Positions 28,201-37,128 of a stretch of DNA of 64,000 bases are shown piece by piece. The notes beneath the pieces were generated by a model. It was not told where the DNA came from. It saw only the letters and a program-made list of their open reading frames with translations, and did no database searches. Where the stretch lies: assembly GCA_050117845.1 (NCBI GenBank), contig JASFLY010000003.1, positions 124,949-188,948 on the forward strand, in the 5' to 3' direction. The DNA is from Candidatus Zixiibacteriota bacterium (GTDB lineage Bacteria; RBG-13-66-14; B26-G2; WVWN01). Each line of letters begins with the position of its first letter. The stretch's first letter is position 1. Position numbers and translations under genes: made by a program.

Positions 28201-31200
28201 CCATCCTCGACGCATGAACATCGCGTTACGACGCCGGCCGGTGAAGTCCGTTGGCAGCAATGGACCAACCGCGTCATCATTGACGAGCACGGCGCAATAT
28301 CGGAATACCAATCCGTAGGCCGCGACATTACGGAGCGCAAACTCGCCGAGGAAGCCCTCGACTTCGAGCGCCGCCAACTCTTGTCGATCTACGATAGCGT
28401 CGAGGAAGTCGTTTACGTCGCCGACCCCCGGACCCACGAAATCATATACGCCAACGAGTACTTGAAATCGCTGTACGGAAAAGACATGGTAGGCGGCGTA
28501 TGTTACCGGGAATTCCAGGGGCTGGAGGCCCCCTGCGATTTCTGCACGAACGGAATAATACTCGAACAAAAAGGCAAGGCGTACCGTTGGGAATTCCACA
28601 ACGAAATACTAGACAAGTCCTTCCTGTGCACCGACCGGATAATTAAATGGCCCGACGGCCGGGACGCCCGGATCGAAATCGCCATAGACATCAGCGACCG
28701 CAAAACCGCCGAAGAAGCTCTGCGGAAGAGCGAAGAGGAATTCCGCGCGCTCGCGGAGCAGTCCCTCCAGGGAGTTACCCTCGCGACGGAGGATCGGACC
28801 ATCTTCGCTAATCGGGCTTTTTACAACATCACCGGCTACGAGCCGGACGAGATAATCGGCCTGACGCCGGGCGAAGTCGCCACCCTAATCATCCGGCCGG
28901 AGGACAGGGAAACCGTTAAAAAGAACTTCCGGCGCCGCATGGACGGAGAAAGCGCTCCTTCGCCGTACGCCGTGGGAATACTCCATAAGAACGGCTCCAC
29001 CCGGTGGGCCGAGTTATACTGCACGATCGTCGATATCGGAGGGCCGCCGGCGAATCTTACCACGCTCGTCGACATAACCGAACGGAAGCGGGCCGAGGAA
29101 GCGATCAGGGAAAGCGAGGTCAAGTACCGAACGTTGTTCGAGAACTCGCCGGACGCTCTTACGATACTCGACACCCGCGCGGTCATTAGCGACCTGAACC
29201 GGGCGACCGAAGAACTAACGGGGTACTCGCGGGAAGAGCTACTGGGGCGGCCCTTCGTAGAAATCCCGTCACTACGGGCCCAAAAACGGGCCCGCCTGCG
29301 GAAACTGCATTCCGACCTCGTCGCGGGCCGTGAGGCCGAACCGTACGAATTGGAAATCGTACGACGGGACGGGACCCGTCGATGGGTAAACGTTACGGTC
29401 GCCGCAATTAAAAAAGGGTCGGACCTTATAGGAACGCAGCTGATAGGCCGCGACGTTACCGAACGCAAACTCGCCGAAGAGAAGATAAAACGCCGTTTGG
29501 AATTTGAGGGCGTAGTCGCCCGCATCTCGTCGCGCCTCGTGGCTCCGGCGGACGTCGACCGGGCCGTAAACGAATCGTTGGCCGATATAGGCCGGTTCCT
29601 CGGAGCCGGCCGAGTACCACTATTCCTATTGAGCCGGGACGGCAGCGAGATGTCCATCAGCCACGAGTGGTGCGCCGCCGGCGTAAAAAGCCTGATCGGA
29701 GAGCTGCAAGGGGAGCCCACGTCGGGAATCCCGTGGTGGACGGACCGACTCGGCGGGGGGGAAGTGCTGCACATACCGGACGTATCGCGAATGCCGCCGG
29801 AAGCCGCCCCGGAACAGAAAATCCTGGAGGGACAGGGGATTAAATCCATCCTCGTATTGCCCGTCGAGATCGGCGGGAGTTTCAGCGGCTTCGTCGCGTT
29901 AGACAACGTCGAGGGAACCGGCGGCTGGGACGTGGACGACGTGGAACTCCTCCGCGTTATGGCCGCGGACCTCGGCCGGGCCTTCGAACGACAACGAGCG
30001 GAAAGCATCCTCCGGGAAAACGAGGAACGTTACCGCGACCTGGTGGAAGGTTCCCATGATCTCGTCCAAAGCGTCGCCCCCGACGCCCGCTTCCTATTCG
30101 TCAACCGGGCCTGGCTCAGGACGATGGGCTACGCCGAAAGCGAACTTCCGAACCTCACCCTTTTCGACGTTATTCATCCGGACTACGTCGGGCACTGCCA
30201 GGAATTGTTCCAGCATGTTATGCGCGGCGAAACCGTTAGCGATATCTCGGTCAAGTTCGTGACGAAGGACGGCCGCGAAATCATCCTCGACGGCACGGCG
30301 GGGCCGCGTTTCATGAACGGCGAAGTCGTGAGCACGCAGGGTTTCTTCCACGACGTAACCGAGCGTAAACGCGCCGAAGAAAAACTCAAGCGCCATAGCG
30401 AAGAAATAGCCGCCGTCAGCGAACTGGCCATAGAACTCGCCGGCGTCGATACGAGTGAAGAGATGTTCCCCCTTATCGCCCGCCGCCTCCGGGAGCTTAC
30501 CGGCGCTTTGGCCGTCCTGACGACGTCTTACGACTACGAGGCCGATGAATTGGCCGTCAACGCCGTCGAAGCCGACGTTAGCACCCTGGACAAAACGAAC
30601 GATATCCTGGGCGCGGAGCTTTCGACGATACGCTTCCCGTTTCCGATATATTCCCGCGAAGCCCTGGCTTCCGAACACGTCGCCGTAACGACGGGCATCC
30701 CCCACCAGGCCCACGCCGTCATTCCGAAAAACGCGTGCCGAGTAATCGAGGAAGCCTTCGGCATCGGCGACGTTTACATTTTAACGTTCCACTTCGGCGG
30801 GGACATGATCGGCGCTGCCGGCATTATTATGCAGCGAGAGACTACCCGGCCTTCCGTCGATACGCTGGAGGCCGCGGCCAACACGATCGCCACCACCCTC
30901 CGGTCCAAACTCGCGGAGGAAGCCCTGGTCGCCAGCGAGCGCGAGAAGACGACCATACTCGAATGCGTGGACGATATGGTCGTTTTCTGTAATTCGGAAA
31001 TGGAAACGGTCTGGGCCAATCCCGCCGCGGCCGCGTGGCACGACATGACGCCCGAAGAAATGGTAGGCCGCCGTTGCTACGAAGAACGCTACGGCCGGAC
31101 CGATCCCTGCGAGGACTGCGCGGAAGTCGAAGCGCTGAGAACCGGCGAACCCCGGGAAATCGAAACCACGTCCCCCGACGGCCGGTCATGGTACAACCGA

Positions 31201-34200
31201 AGCATACCCGTCACCGACGATTCGGGCGCCGTCGTCGGCGTCGTAACCACCACGCAGGAAGTAACGGCTCGTTACCACGCCAGGGAAACGTTAAAACAAC
31301 GGGCGACGAACCTGGCCGCGATAAACGACCTGGCCGTCGAGCTGGCGTCGGCTCCCTCCGCCGACGCGATCCGCCGGATAGCCGGCGACCGGTTGAGAAC
31401 GTTGGGCGGCGCCCTGGCCGCGATAGTCACGAGTTACGACGAAGAGGCCGGAGTTTTCGTCGTCCGCCATATTTCCGCCCCCGGCGACGTTTTCACCAAA
31501 GCCAATAAAATCCTGAACGGCACCGTTTACGACATTCGTTGTCCCGTTGACGACGACGCGTACGAAGAGATCCTGGCCCGCCGGGTTAAACCATACGAAG
31601 GCGTTTACGATCTGGCGTTGGGCGCCATTCCACGAAAATTGGCGACCGCCATCGAAAAAGCCCTCGGCCTCGGCGAAATAATCGCCGCCGGGTTCCGGCA
31701 CGGGGGACGCGTACTAGGCGGAATCTCCGTCGTCATGCCGGAAGGGCGCCCCGCGCCGGACGCCGAAATACTCGAAAACTTCGCCAACGTCGTATCGTCG
31801 GCGCTCGTCCGGCAGGCCGCCGACGAATGGCTCGTAAAAAGCGAACGGGAGAAATCGGCGATACTGGCGAACATGACCGGCCTCGTCGCCTACATGAAAC
31901 CGAACCTCGAAATCGTGTGGGCGAACGATGCCGCGGCCGACTGGGCGGGCCTCACGCCGCGAGAGATGGCCGGCCGGTACTGCTACGACGTCTGGTACGG
32001 ACGGACTAAACCCTGTAAGCGTTGTCACGTCGTACGCACGGTGGAAAGCGGCGAGGCCCAAACGTTCGAGACCGATTTCAGAGACGGCAGCGTCTGGCAC
32101 GTCCAATGCAATCCGGTACGTAACGCCGCCGGAGAAGTCGTGGGCATCGTCGAAACCTCTACGGACATCTCCGCCCGGAAACGGGCCGAAGAAAGCCGCC
32201 GCGAAACGGAAGCGCGGTACCGCGCGCTCGTCGATACCATGAATGATGGATTCATCGCGCACGACGAGCGGGGCGTAATCACGTACGTCAACGACCGTTT
32301 GTGCGAAATACTCGGCTTCCCGCGCGAGAATATCGAAGGCCGGCCGATGGACGACTTCCTCGATCGGGAAAACGCGGCAACCCTGCGGGAACGACGCCGC
32401 CTTAAAAAACCGCGGGCGGAAGCGTACGAACTTTGTTGGACAGGCGAAGGCGGCCGACGCGTATACACCGTAGTCTCGCCGGGAACCCTACCGAAGACCG
32501 AAGGCCGGTCCGCCGGCGGTTACGCCACGATTGCCGACATTACCGTCCGTAAACGAGCGGAAGAAAACCTCCAACGTCGAAGCGACGATATCGTAGCGGC
32601 CAACGGCCTTATCCTCGAACTCGCCGCGGCCCGCACGCCCGCGGAGGCCGCAGAGATACTTTGCGAAGGGTTGAAACGTCTCACCGAAGCACTCGCTATC
32701 GCCCTTTTGAAATACGACGTTAATACGCGCGAACTGGTTATCGAATACGTAGCCGCGGAAAACGACGTCAAATCCGAATCCGGGAAAATACTGGGGGGCG
32801 AACTGTCCTCGCTCCGCTTCCCGTTGGACCGAGCCGGGGCCGACGAACTCGTAAACCGCCGCGTCGCGGCAACGAAGGGTCTCCCCCGCAACGTTTACGG
32901 CGGTGTTCCGCGAAAGGACGTCCGCGCCTTCGAAGAAGCCCTGGGCTTGGGTGAAGTCTACGTCCTACCGCTCCAGCACCGGGAAGGACTGATGGGGACG
33001 GTCGCCATAGTGACCCGGGACGAAAACCCGCCCCTCTGGCCCGGAGCGGTTGAGGCCGTTGTCGCCGCCGCGGCGGCAGTACACGAACGCGTCGAAGCCG
33101 CCGAAAAACTCCGCGCGAGCGAGGAAACGGCGCAGGTCCTGCTGAACGCGCCCGCTAATTCGGCGTTCCTTCTCGACGCCGAAGGTACGATCCTCGCTTT
33201 CAACGAAACGACGCGATGCCGAACCCGCCTCGGCGCCGAAGATTTGCGAAGCGCGTCGTTGTGGGAAATCCTCCCGCCCGCGGTCGTCGACGCCCGGAAA
33301 GGCCAACTCGAAGAGGTCGTCCGTACAGGCCGCCCCGTCCATTTCGAAGAGAAGCGACCAGGCTCGGCCTTCGAAAGCTACTTCCACCCGATACGAGGGC
33401 CGCACGGCGTTACCAACGTCGCCCTATTTTCATGGCCCGTAACTCTCCGAAAAGAAATCGAAGAGAAACTGGCCGAGCCGAAAAAGGACTTCCGGCCCGC
33501 AGCCGAGGCTTCGCCGGTCGCGGCGTTGGTGCTAAACCACAGCGGGGGAATCTCCTGGGTTAACAAGGCCGCGCTAAGCCTATTCGGCTACGCCAAGAAA
33601 GGCCAAATGAAACGACTGCCGCTCCGGGAACTCTTCCACGCCGAGGACGAAAAAGAGATGGAGCGGGTAATGGACCTCGCGGCCGGTAGCGCTACGACGT
33701 ACGCCGGATTTACGGCTCTTACCGTCAACGGCGAAAGGCGGCCGACCGTCGCCCGGGCGGCGCCCGTATTCGAGGACGGTAAACGCCGGGGGGTACGGGT
33801 ACTCGTGGACGACGTAAGCGAACGCGTACGTACCGCGGAGGCCCTGGCCGCCGGCGTCGACCCGACGGAACTGCTGTCGACGCTAACGAGTTCTTACGCC
33901 GTTGTCGCGGACGGCAAGGGAGCCGTAACGGCCGTGAATACGAATACCGAAACGCGGCTCTGCAAACCGGCGGACGACGTTATCGGCACGCATTTCGAAT
34001 TTACCGTTCCGCGTGGGACGGAGGAGTCCAGGAAGCAGGCCTTCGAAGAAACGCTACGTTCGGGGAAAGCCGTGCTATTCGAGGACGAAACCACCGCCGC
34101 GACGTACGAGAACGACCTCTACCCCATACTAGACGGCGAGGGTAACGTCTCCCGCGTAGCGTTCTTCAGTCGCGACGTAACCGGGTCAAAAGCGACCGCC

Positions 34201-34656
34201 GAGGCCCTCAGCGCGACCGAAGCGAAGACCCGCCTCCTAGCCAACCAAATACCGGCGATTATTTGGACGACCGACGACGAACTCCGGATAACGTCCCTGC
34301 ACGGCGGCGGCCTGGCGTTTATCGAGACGCCGCCCGCGGAACTCCGGGGTAAAACGCTACCCGAGCTCTATGGCACCAACGAGGTCACGTCCACGGTCAT
34401 TGCGGCCCACCGGCAAGCGCTCCGGGGCGAAGTGGCGACTTACGACCAGGAAATCGGCTCTCGGACATTCCAGGCTACGGTGGAGCCGTGTAGGGACGGA
34501 GAGGGCCGCGTAGTCGGATGCGTCGGCGCGGCCCTCAACGGCCTGACGCTTTACGGCAAAATAAACGGTCCCGCCCGGACCGGCGGCGATCCCGGCGAGA
34601 AGTCAACGTCGCCGGAGTACCCGCCTCGACCCAAGCCGAGCTCGACGGGGTCCTAA
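25231..34656 (+). CDS. giant (~3141 aa) reverse transcriptase - PAS/GAF sensor-array fusion protein
   Basis: Start taken at ATG 25231 (GAGGAGG RBS 8 nt upstream) rather than TTG 25168; RT motifs in canonical order: NYCAVGDVTAYFENV, LPQGNDISLFLSNFYL, YFRYVDDICVF (YVDD at 26032-26043); then helical domain, then >=10 PAS units with DITERK(R/L)AEE-type linkers and ~5 GAF-like units; no kinase/GGDEF/EAL/HD/DNA-binding output. Confidence 0.85.
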   Translation: MDFCSADDLAAAWPYARRDAADNFVFDVIDYEDVKHNLPHIIRRLERELRTDQYKPAPLLSVDIPKRPYTIRPGAVVSLIDLIVLYALVRKIAPALDAKLSPGVFSYRWVPEGKKPKWSIFSESTQDECGIDEILPAAPFAPYPPFDEAAPAGWFRGWIEYHERAKDSAARYNYCAVGDVTAYFENVAVTSLFNRIGDLLGPEHSEALTRLRRFYEYWAWHPAGTTTRGEVLPQGNDISLFLSNFYLTKLDEAMAAEVQNDPRRYFRYVDDICVFTDTQEQAHHSLLTGDRVLRDLGLNLNTEKTGIVPTSRLFDRDVERWLEDMSPVTANAAENARDFFKNRFDADDVEKWERAYLRALTTLQRAGDCSVAPAALQVFLENPTYKLLVKNFDYLSFFAERFRFGDDVARRITEGTFNFPFHKHYLYRLAAYCRQNSPSLREQALEEARGDAEWYVRIAALYCLNTFNLSPDELDAVEELAGSEAHPQVARAALVVLRQRPADEVASAEDHFLFTTAPGQENLREYFFRLTTEEELARAVLERIRNQEVASRAFLNRLHQLDLLKGNPAVREEYGRILEQKIDECDPAWTRLYSRLRRIAELASVSALRVRKARKIARAQGHLQTLLRSSREAVLITGPGGDVQVWNDAVNKLLGYGRREVRGKDVTDILPSPGGFASADELTAYVAENGGWLVEEATLYERPDGALIDISTTYSVITDPITGEPVGLLILVRDATAEVRAARIEQVQIATEQTLADATVRLVSPEDLDAAIEHTLRETADVLNAQRATVFRFREGTLVLDVTHEWCAPGVPSTRDSGGKLDLGELPDVRERLHSERVLSISNLSTPSAGSQRVMKERGVKAALVVPFYISDEMTGLIACTDTTRPRDWAYGEANLLFAVTALISKALARREAEEEKLVSEVRYRAVVEDQTELICRWRPDGTLTFVNEAYGRYFGKSPGELVGRSFIHFISEEDRETVEAEFASLGPDKPSSTHEHRVTTPAGEVRWQQWTNRVIIDEHGAISEYQSVGRDITERKLAEEALDFERRQLLSIYDSVEEVVYVADPRTHEIIYANEYLKSLYGKDMVGGVCYREFQGLEAPCDFCTNGIILEQKGKAYRWEFHNEILDKSFLCTDRIIKWPDGRDARIEIAIDISDRKTAEEALRKSEEEFRALAEQSLQGVTLATEDRTIFANRAFYNITGYEPDEIIGLTPGEVATLIIRPEDRETVKKNFRRRMDGESAPSPYAVGILHKNGSTRWAELYCTIVDIGGPPANLTTLVDITERKRAEEAIRESEVKYRTLFENSPDALTILDTRAVISDLNRATEELTGYSREELLGRPFVEIPSLRAQKRARLRKLHSDLVAGREAEPYELEIVRRDGTRRWVNVTVAAIKKGSDLIGTQLIGRDVTERKLAEEKIKRRLEFEGVVARISSRLVAPADVDRAVNESLADIGRFLGAGRVPLFLLSRDGSEMSISHEWCAAGVKSLIGELQGEPTSGIPWWTDRLGGGEVLHIPDVSRMPPEAAPEQKILEGQGIKSILVLPVEIGGSFSGFVALDNVEGTGGWDVDDVELLRVMAADLGRAFERQRAESILRENEERYRDLVEGSHDLVQSVAPDARFLFVNRAWLRTMGYAESELPNLTLFDVIHPDYVGHCQELFQHVMRGETVSDISVKFVTKDGREIILDGTAGPRFMNGEVVSTQGFFHDVTERKRAEEKLKRHSEEIAAVSELAIELAGVDTSEEMFPLIARRLRELTGALAVLTTSYDYEADELAVNAVEADVSTLDKTNDILGAELSTIRFPFPIYSREALASEHVAVTTGIPHQAHAVIPKNACRVIEEAFGIGDVYILTFHFGGDMIGAAGIIMQRETTRPSVDTLEAAANTIATTLRSKLAEEALVASEREKTTILECVDDMVVFCNSEMETVWANPAAAAWHDMTPEEMVGRRCYEERYGRTDPCEDCAEVEALRTGEPREIETTSPDGRSWYNRSIPVTDDSGAVVGVVTTTQEVTARYHARETLKQRATNLAAINDLAVELASAPSADAIRRIAGDRLRTLGGALAAIVTSYDEEAGVFVVRHISAPGDVFTKANKILNGTVYDIRCPVDDDAYEEILARRVKPYEGVYDLALGAIPRKLATAIEKALGLGEIIAAGFRHGGRVLGGISVVMPEGRPAPDAEILENFANVVSSALVRQAADEWLVKSEREKSAILANMTGLVAYMKPNLEIVWANDAAADWAGLTPREMAGRYCYDVWYGRTKPCKRCHVVRTVESGEAQTFETDFRDGSVWHVQCNPVRNAAGEVVGIVETSTDISARKRAEESRRETEARYRALVDTMNDGFIAHDERGVITYVNDRLCEILGFPRENIEGRPMDDFLDRENAATLRERRRLKKPRAEAYELCWTGEGGRRVYTVVSPGTLPKTEGRSAGGYATIADITVRKRAEENLQRRSDDIVAANGLILELAAARTPAEAAEILCEGLKRLTEALAIALLKYDVNTRELVIEYVAAENDVKSESGKILGGELSSLRFPLDRAGADELVNRRVAATKGLPRNVYGGVPRKDVRAFEEALGLGEVYVLPLQHREGLMGTVAIVTRDENPPLWPGAVEAVVAAAAAVHERVEAAEKLRASEETAQVLLNAPANSAFLLDAEGTILAFNETTRCRTRLGAEDLRSASLWEILPPAVVDARKGQLEEVVRTGRPVHFEEKRPGSAFESYFHPIRGPHGVTNVALFSWPVTLRKEIEEKLAEPKKDFRPAAEASPVAALVLNHSGGISWVNKAALSLFGYAKKGQMKRLPLRELFHAEDEKEMERVMDLAAGSATTYAGFTALTVNGERRPTVARAAPVFEDGKRRGVRVLVDDVSERVRTAEALAAGVDPTELLSTLTSSYAVVADGKGAVTAVNTNTETRLCKPADDVIGTHFEFTVPRGTEESRKQAFEETLRSGKAVLFEDETTAATYENDLYPILDGEGNVSRVAFFSRDVTGSKATAEALSATEAKTRLLANQIPAIIWTTDDELRITSLHGGGLAFIETPPAELRGKTLPELYGTNEVTSTVIAAHRQALRGEVATYDQEIGSRTFQATVEPCRDGEGRVVGCVGAALNGLTLYGKINGPARTGGDPGEKSTSPEYPPRPKPSSTGS

Positions 34657-34674
34657 GTACTCCGGTACAAAAAA

Positions 34675-34700
34675 ACCCGGCCCTCAAAGGCCGGGTTCTT
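34675..34700. terminator. bidirectional intrinsic terminator between convergent genes
   Basis: ACCCGGCC-CTCAAA-GGCCGGGT hairpin with A7 upstream and TCTT downstream. Confidence 0.6.
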
Positions 34701-34719
34701 CGTAACACGGGACGCTTTC

Positions 34720-35985
34720 TCACGCGACCGGTGCGGCCGTACGAATACGTTCCTCTGTTGCGTCCGCGGTCAGGCCCTCGGCCGGGTCCGCCGTCGGCAG
34801 CAATCCGCCTTTCGTCGAAGCCAATACGTCGTAGTAGAGTTCCCGGATATCGCGGCCCAGGCGCTCGAGCGTAAAACGCCTCTCGTACGTCTCCCGGCCG
34901 AGCGCCCCCATCGACGCGGCCAGCGACGCGTCGTCAAGCGTGTGAGCCAGCGCCGCCGCCACTTCGCCGGCCGACCCGACGTCGGTTAAAAAGCCCTCGC
35001 GGCCGTCTTCCATGATTTCCGCGACGCCGCCCGCCCGCGCGGCCACGACCGGGACGCCGCGGGCCATAGCCTCCACTACGACGCGGCCGAAGGGCTCGGC
35101 CTTCACCGGCGTATGGACCAGGACGTCGAACGCCTCCATGGCCCGGGCCGCGCCGTCCAGTTGCCCCGGGAAACGGACCCGCGCTCCCAAACCCGCGCGA
35201 CGGACCCGGTCCAGGAGTTCCGCCCGGTACGAGTGGGCGCCGTAGAGCGGGCTCCCGATAACGACGAAATAAACGTCCGGGAAATCGGCCGCGAGGCGAG
35301 CCGCGGCGTCCAGGAAAACGTGTTGGCCCTTCCACGGCGCGAGTTGCCCCACGCAGCCCACGATTCGGGCGTCCGCCGGTATGGCCCACTCCTCCCGCCA
35401 CCGATCCCCGTCCCGGCGAGGATACGCCGGCGGACGGGCCACGGCGTTATACACGACGGCCACGCGCCGTCGCGCGCGACGGAACTGCCCGGCTACGGTC
35501 CGGGATATCGCGACGACGCGCTCGGCGCTTATAGCCGCCAAGAGGTCCATGATCCCCCGGGCGAAGCGACCCGGGAGAACGTCCCGCATGTGCCACACCA
35601 GCGGGACGTCCGAGGCCACCGCGGCGAGGGCCGCGAAGACGTGAGCTTTCTGGCTGTGAGTATGGATCAGGTGCGGCGAGGCCGCGTCTATAACGCGACG
35701 GAGACTACGGGCCGTCCCGAACGCCCGGAATACCTGGCGCCACCAGCTTACGGAAAGCGGAGAGATATCCTCGCGGTGAAAGGTTAACAGGGACGCGTCC
35801 GCCCGGTAATAGTAGATACGTTCGCCCCGCTCGGCCAGAGCCCGGGCCAACGGCCCCGGCCCCGGCACCGCGAACGATATTTCATAACGCTTGCGGTCGA
35901 AAGTCCCGGCCAACTCCATCATGCTCCGTTCGCCGCCGCCTACCGTAGTGGCGTGGTCGACGAATAACAACCGCGTCCTAACCAT
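34720..35985 (-). CDS. glycosyltransferase family 4 (GT-B)
   Basis: EPFGRVVVEAMARGVPVVAARAGG matches the GT4 E-x-FG...EAMA-x-G-x-PVV motif. Confidence 0.8.
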   Translation of the reverse strand: MVRTRLLFVDHATTVGGGERSMMELAGTFDRKRYEISFAVPGPGPLARALAERGERIYYYRADASLLTFHREDISPLSVSWWRQVFRAFGTARSLRRVIDAASPHLIHTHSQKAHVFAALAAVASDVPLVWHMRDVLPGRFARGIMDLLAAISAERVVAISRTVAGQFRRARRRVAVVYNAVARPPAYPRRDGDRWREEWAIPADARIVGCVGQLAPWKGQHVFLDAAARLAADFPDVYFVVIGSPLYGAHSYRAELLDRVRRAGLGARVRFPGQLDGAARAMEAFDVLVHTPVKAEPFGRVVVEAMARGVPVVAARAGGVAEIMEDGREGFLTDVGSAGEVAAALAHTLDDASLAASMGALGRETYERRFTLERLGRDIRELYYDVLASTKGGLLPTADPAEGLTADATEERIRTAAPVA

Positions 35986-35991
35986 ATCGGC

Positions 35992-37128
35992 TCACCTCGT
36001 ATCGCTGATGCGACCTACGACCGCCGCTTCGAAACTAGCCACTTGCGACGGCACGGTGAATTCCCGTAATACGCGCTCACGGCCGGCGTCGCCCAGACGC
36101 CGCGCCTCGCCCGGATACGTCAACAACGCCACTACCGCGGCGGCCACTTCCGCCGGACATTCCGGATCGACCAAAAGGCCCGTGTGGCCGTCGTCCACGG
36201 CGTCCAACGCGCCGCCGCACCGTCCCGCCACGACCGGCTTGGCGAAGAGCGACGCCTCCAAAAAAACCAATCCGAAACCCTCGTTCTTCTCGACTCCGTC
36301 CTCGACCACTCGTCGGTTCGGCATAACGAAGACGTCGCACGCCCGGTAGTACGGCGCCACGTCTTCCACTCGCCCCCAGAATACGACGTTGTCGGCCACG
36401 CCCGACTCCTCGGCGAGGTCGCGCAATCGGGCCTCGTCGTCGCCGGCCCCGACGATCCAGTAGTAACAGCGTGGGACACAACGGACTATGAGCGGCATGG
36501 CCCGGATCACGACGTCGTGCCCCTTGTAGCGCTCGTCGCCTCGCAGGCGCGCGACCGAAAGGATTACCCGTTCCCCCGCGTTCTTCAATCCCGGGCTCGA
36601 CCCCCCGTTGCCGGAAGCCTCCACCAACTCGGGCGCCACCCCCGGACGGATAACGTCGACGGCCTCCCGGGGCAGGCCGAACCGCGATACGACCAGACTC
36701 CGGCCGTAACGACTCCCGGTAAGGATCCCGGCGGCGCGCCTGAGCAGGAACGTGAACAGGCGTCGATATCGTTCCGGAGTTATCTCGAGCGCGTGCACGT
36801 AGACGAGATAGGGTTTGCGATATATGGTCCCGAGTAAGTACGCGGCCGGGGCCGCGGCGACGTGTCCGCAAAATAATACGTCGCAATCCGCCGCAAGCGG
36901 CGTCGCCGCCCGGGCCATGTTCGCCATCCGGCCCACCCGTGAGTCGGACGGGGCGTAACGGCGAACGCGGTAAATCAACCCGGCGTCAAACTCGTCGGCC
37001 CCCGCCGACGCCGGCGCCACCACCGTCACGTCGTTTCGGGCCGCGAGGCCTGCCGCGATCCCGGCCAGAAGCGTCTGCACGCCGCCCGGTTCGGGCGGGA
37101 AATCCGGAGTTAGGACGAGATAACGCAC
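35992..37128 (-). CDS. glycosyltransferase family 4
   Basis: EGFGLVFLEASLFAKPVVAGRCGG motif; N-terminal MRYLVLTPDFPPEPGGVQT typical of GT4. Confidence 0.8.
   Translation of the reverse strand: MRYLVLTPDFPPEPGGVQTLLAGIAAGLAARNDVTVVAPASAGADEFDAGLIYRVRRYAPSDSRVGRMANMARAATPLAADCDVLFCGHVAAAPAAYLLGTIYRKPYLVYVHALEITPERYRRLFTFLLRRAAGILTGSRYGRSLVVSRFGLPREAVDVIRPGVAPELVEASGNGGSSPGLKNAGERVILSVARLRGDERYKGHDVVIRAMPLIVRCVPRCYYWIVGAGDDEARLRDLAEESGVADNVVFWGRVEDVAPYYRACDVFVMPNRRVVEDGVEKNEGFGLVFLEASLFAKPVVAGRCGGALDAVDDGHTGLLVDPECPAEVAAAVVALLTYPGEARRLGDAGRERVLREFTVPSQVASFEAAVVGRISDTR

Noticed and set aside
28836-30008. 390-aa minus-strand ORF inside the giant RT-sensor gene (similar antisense ORFs at 26797-27786, 27859-28599, 30094-30714, 31714-32262)
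   Set aside because: Ser/Arg/Pro-rich low-complexity products antisense to a frame with clear PAS/GAF motifs; shadow ORFs.
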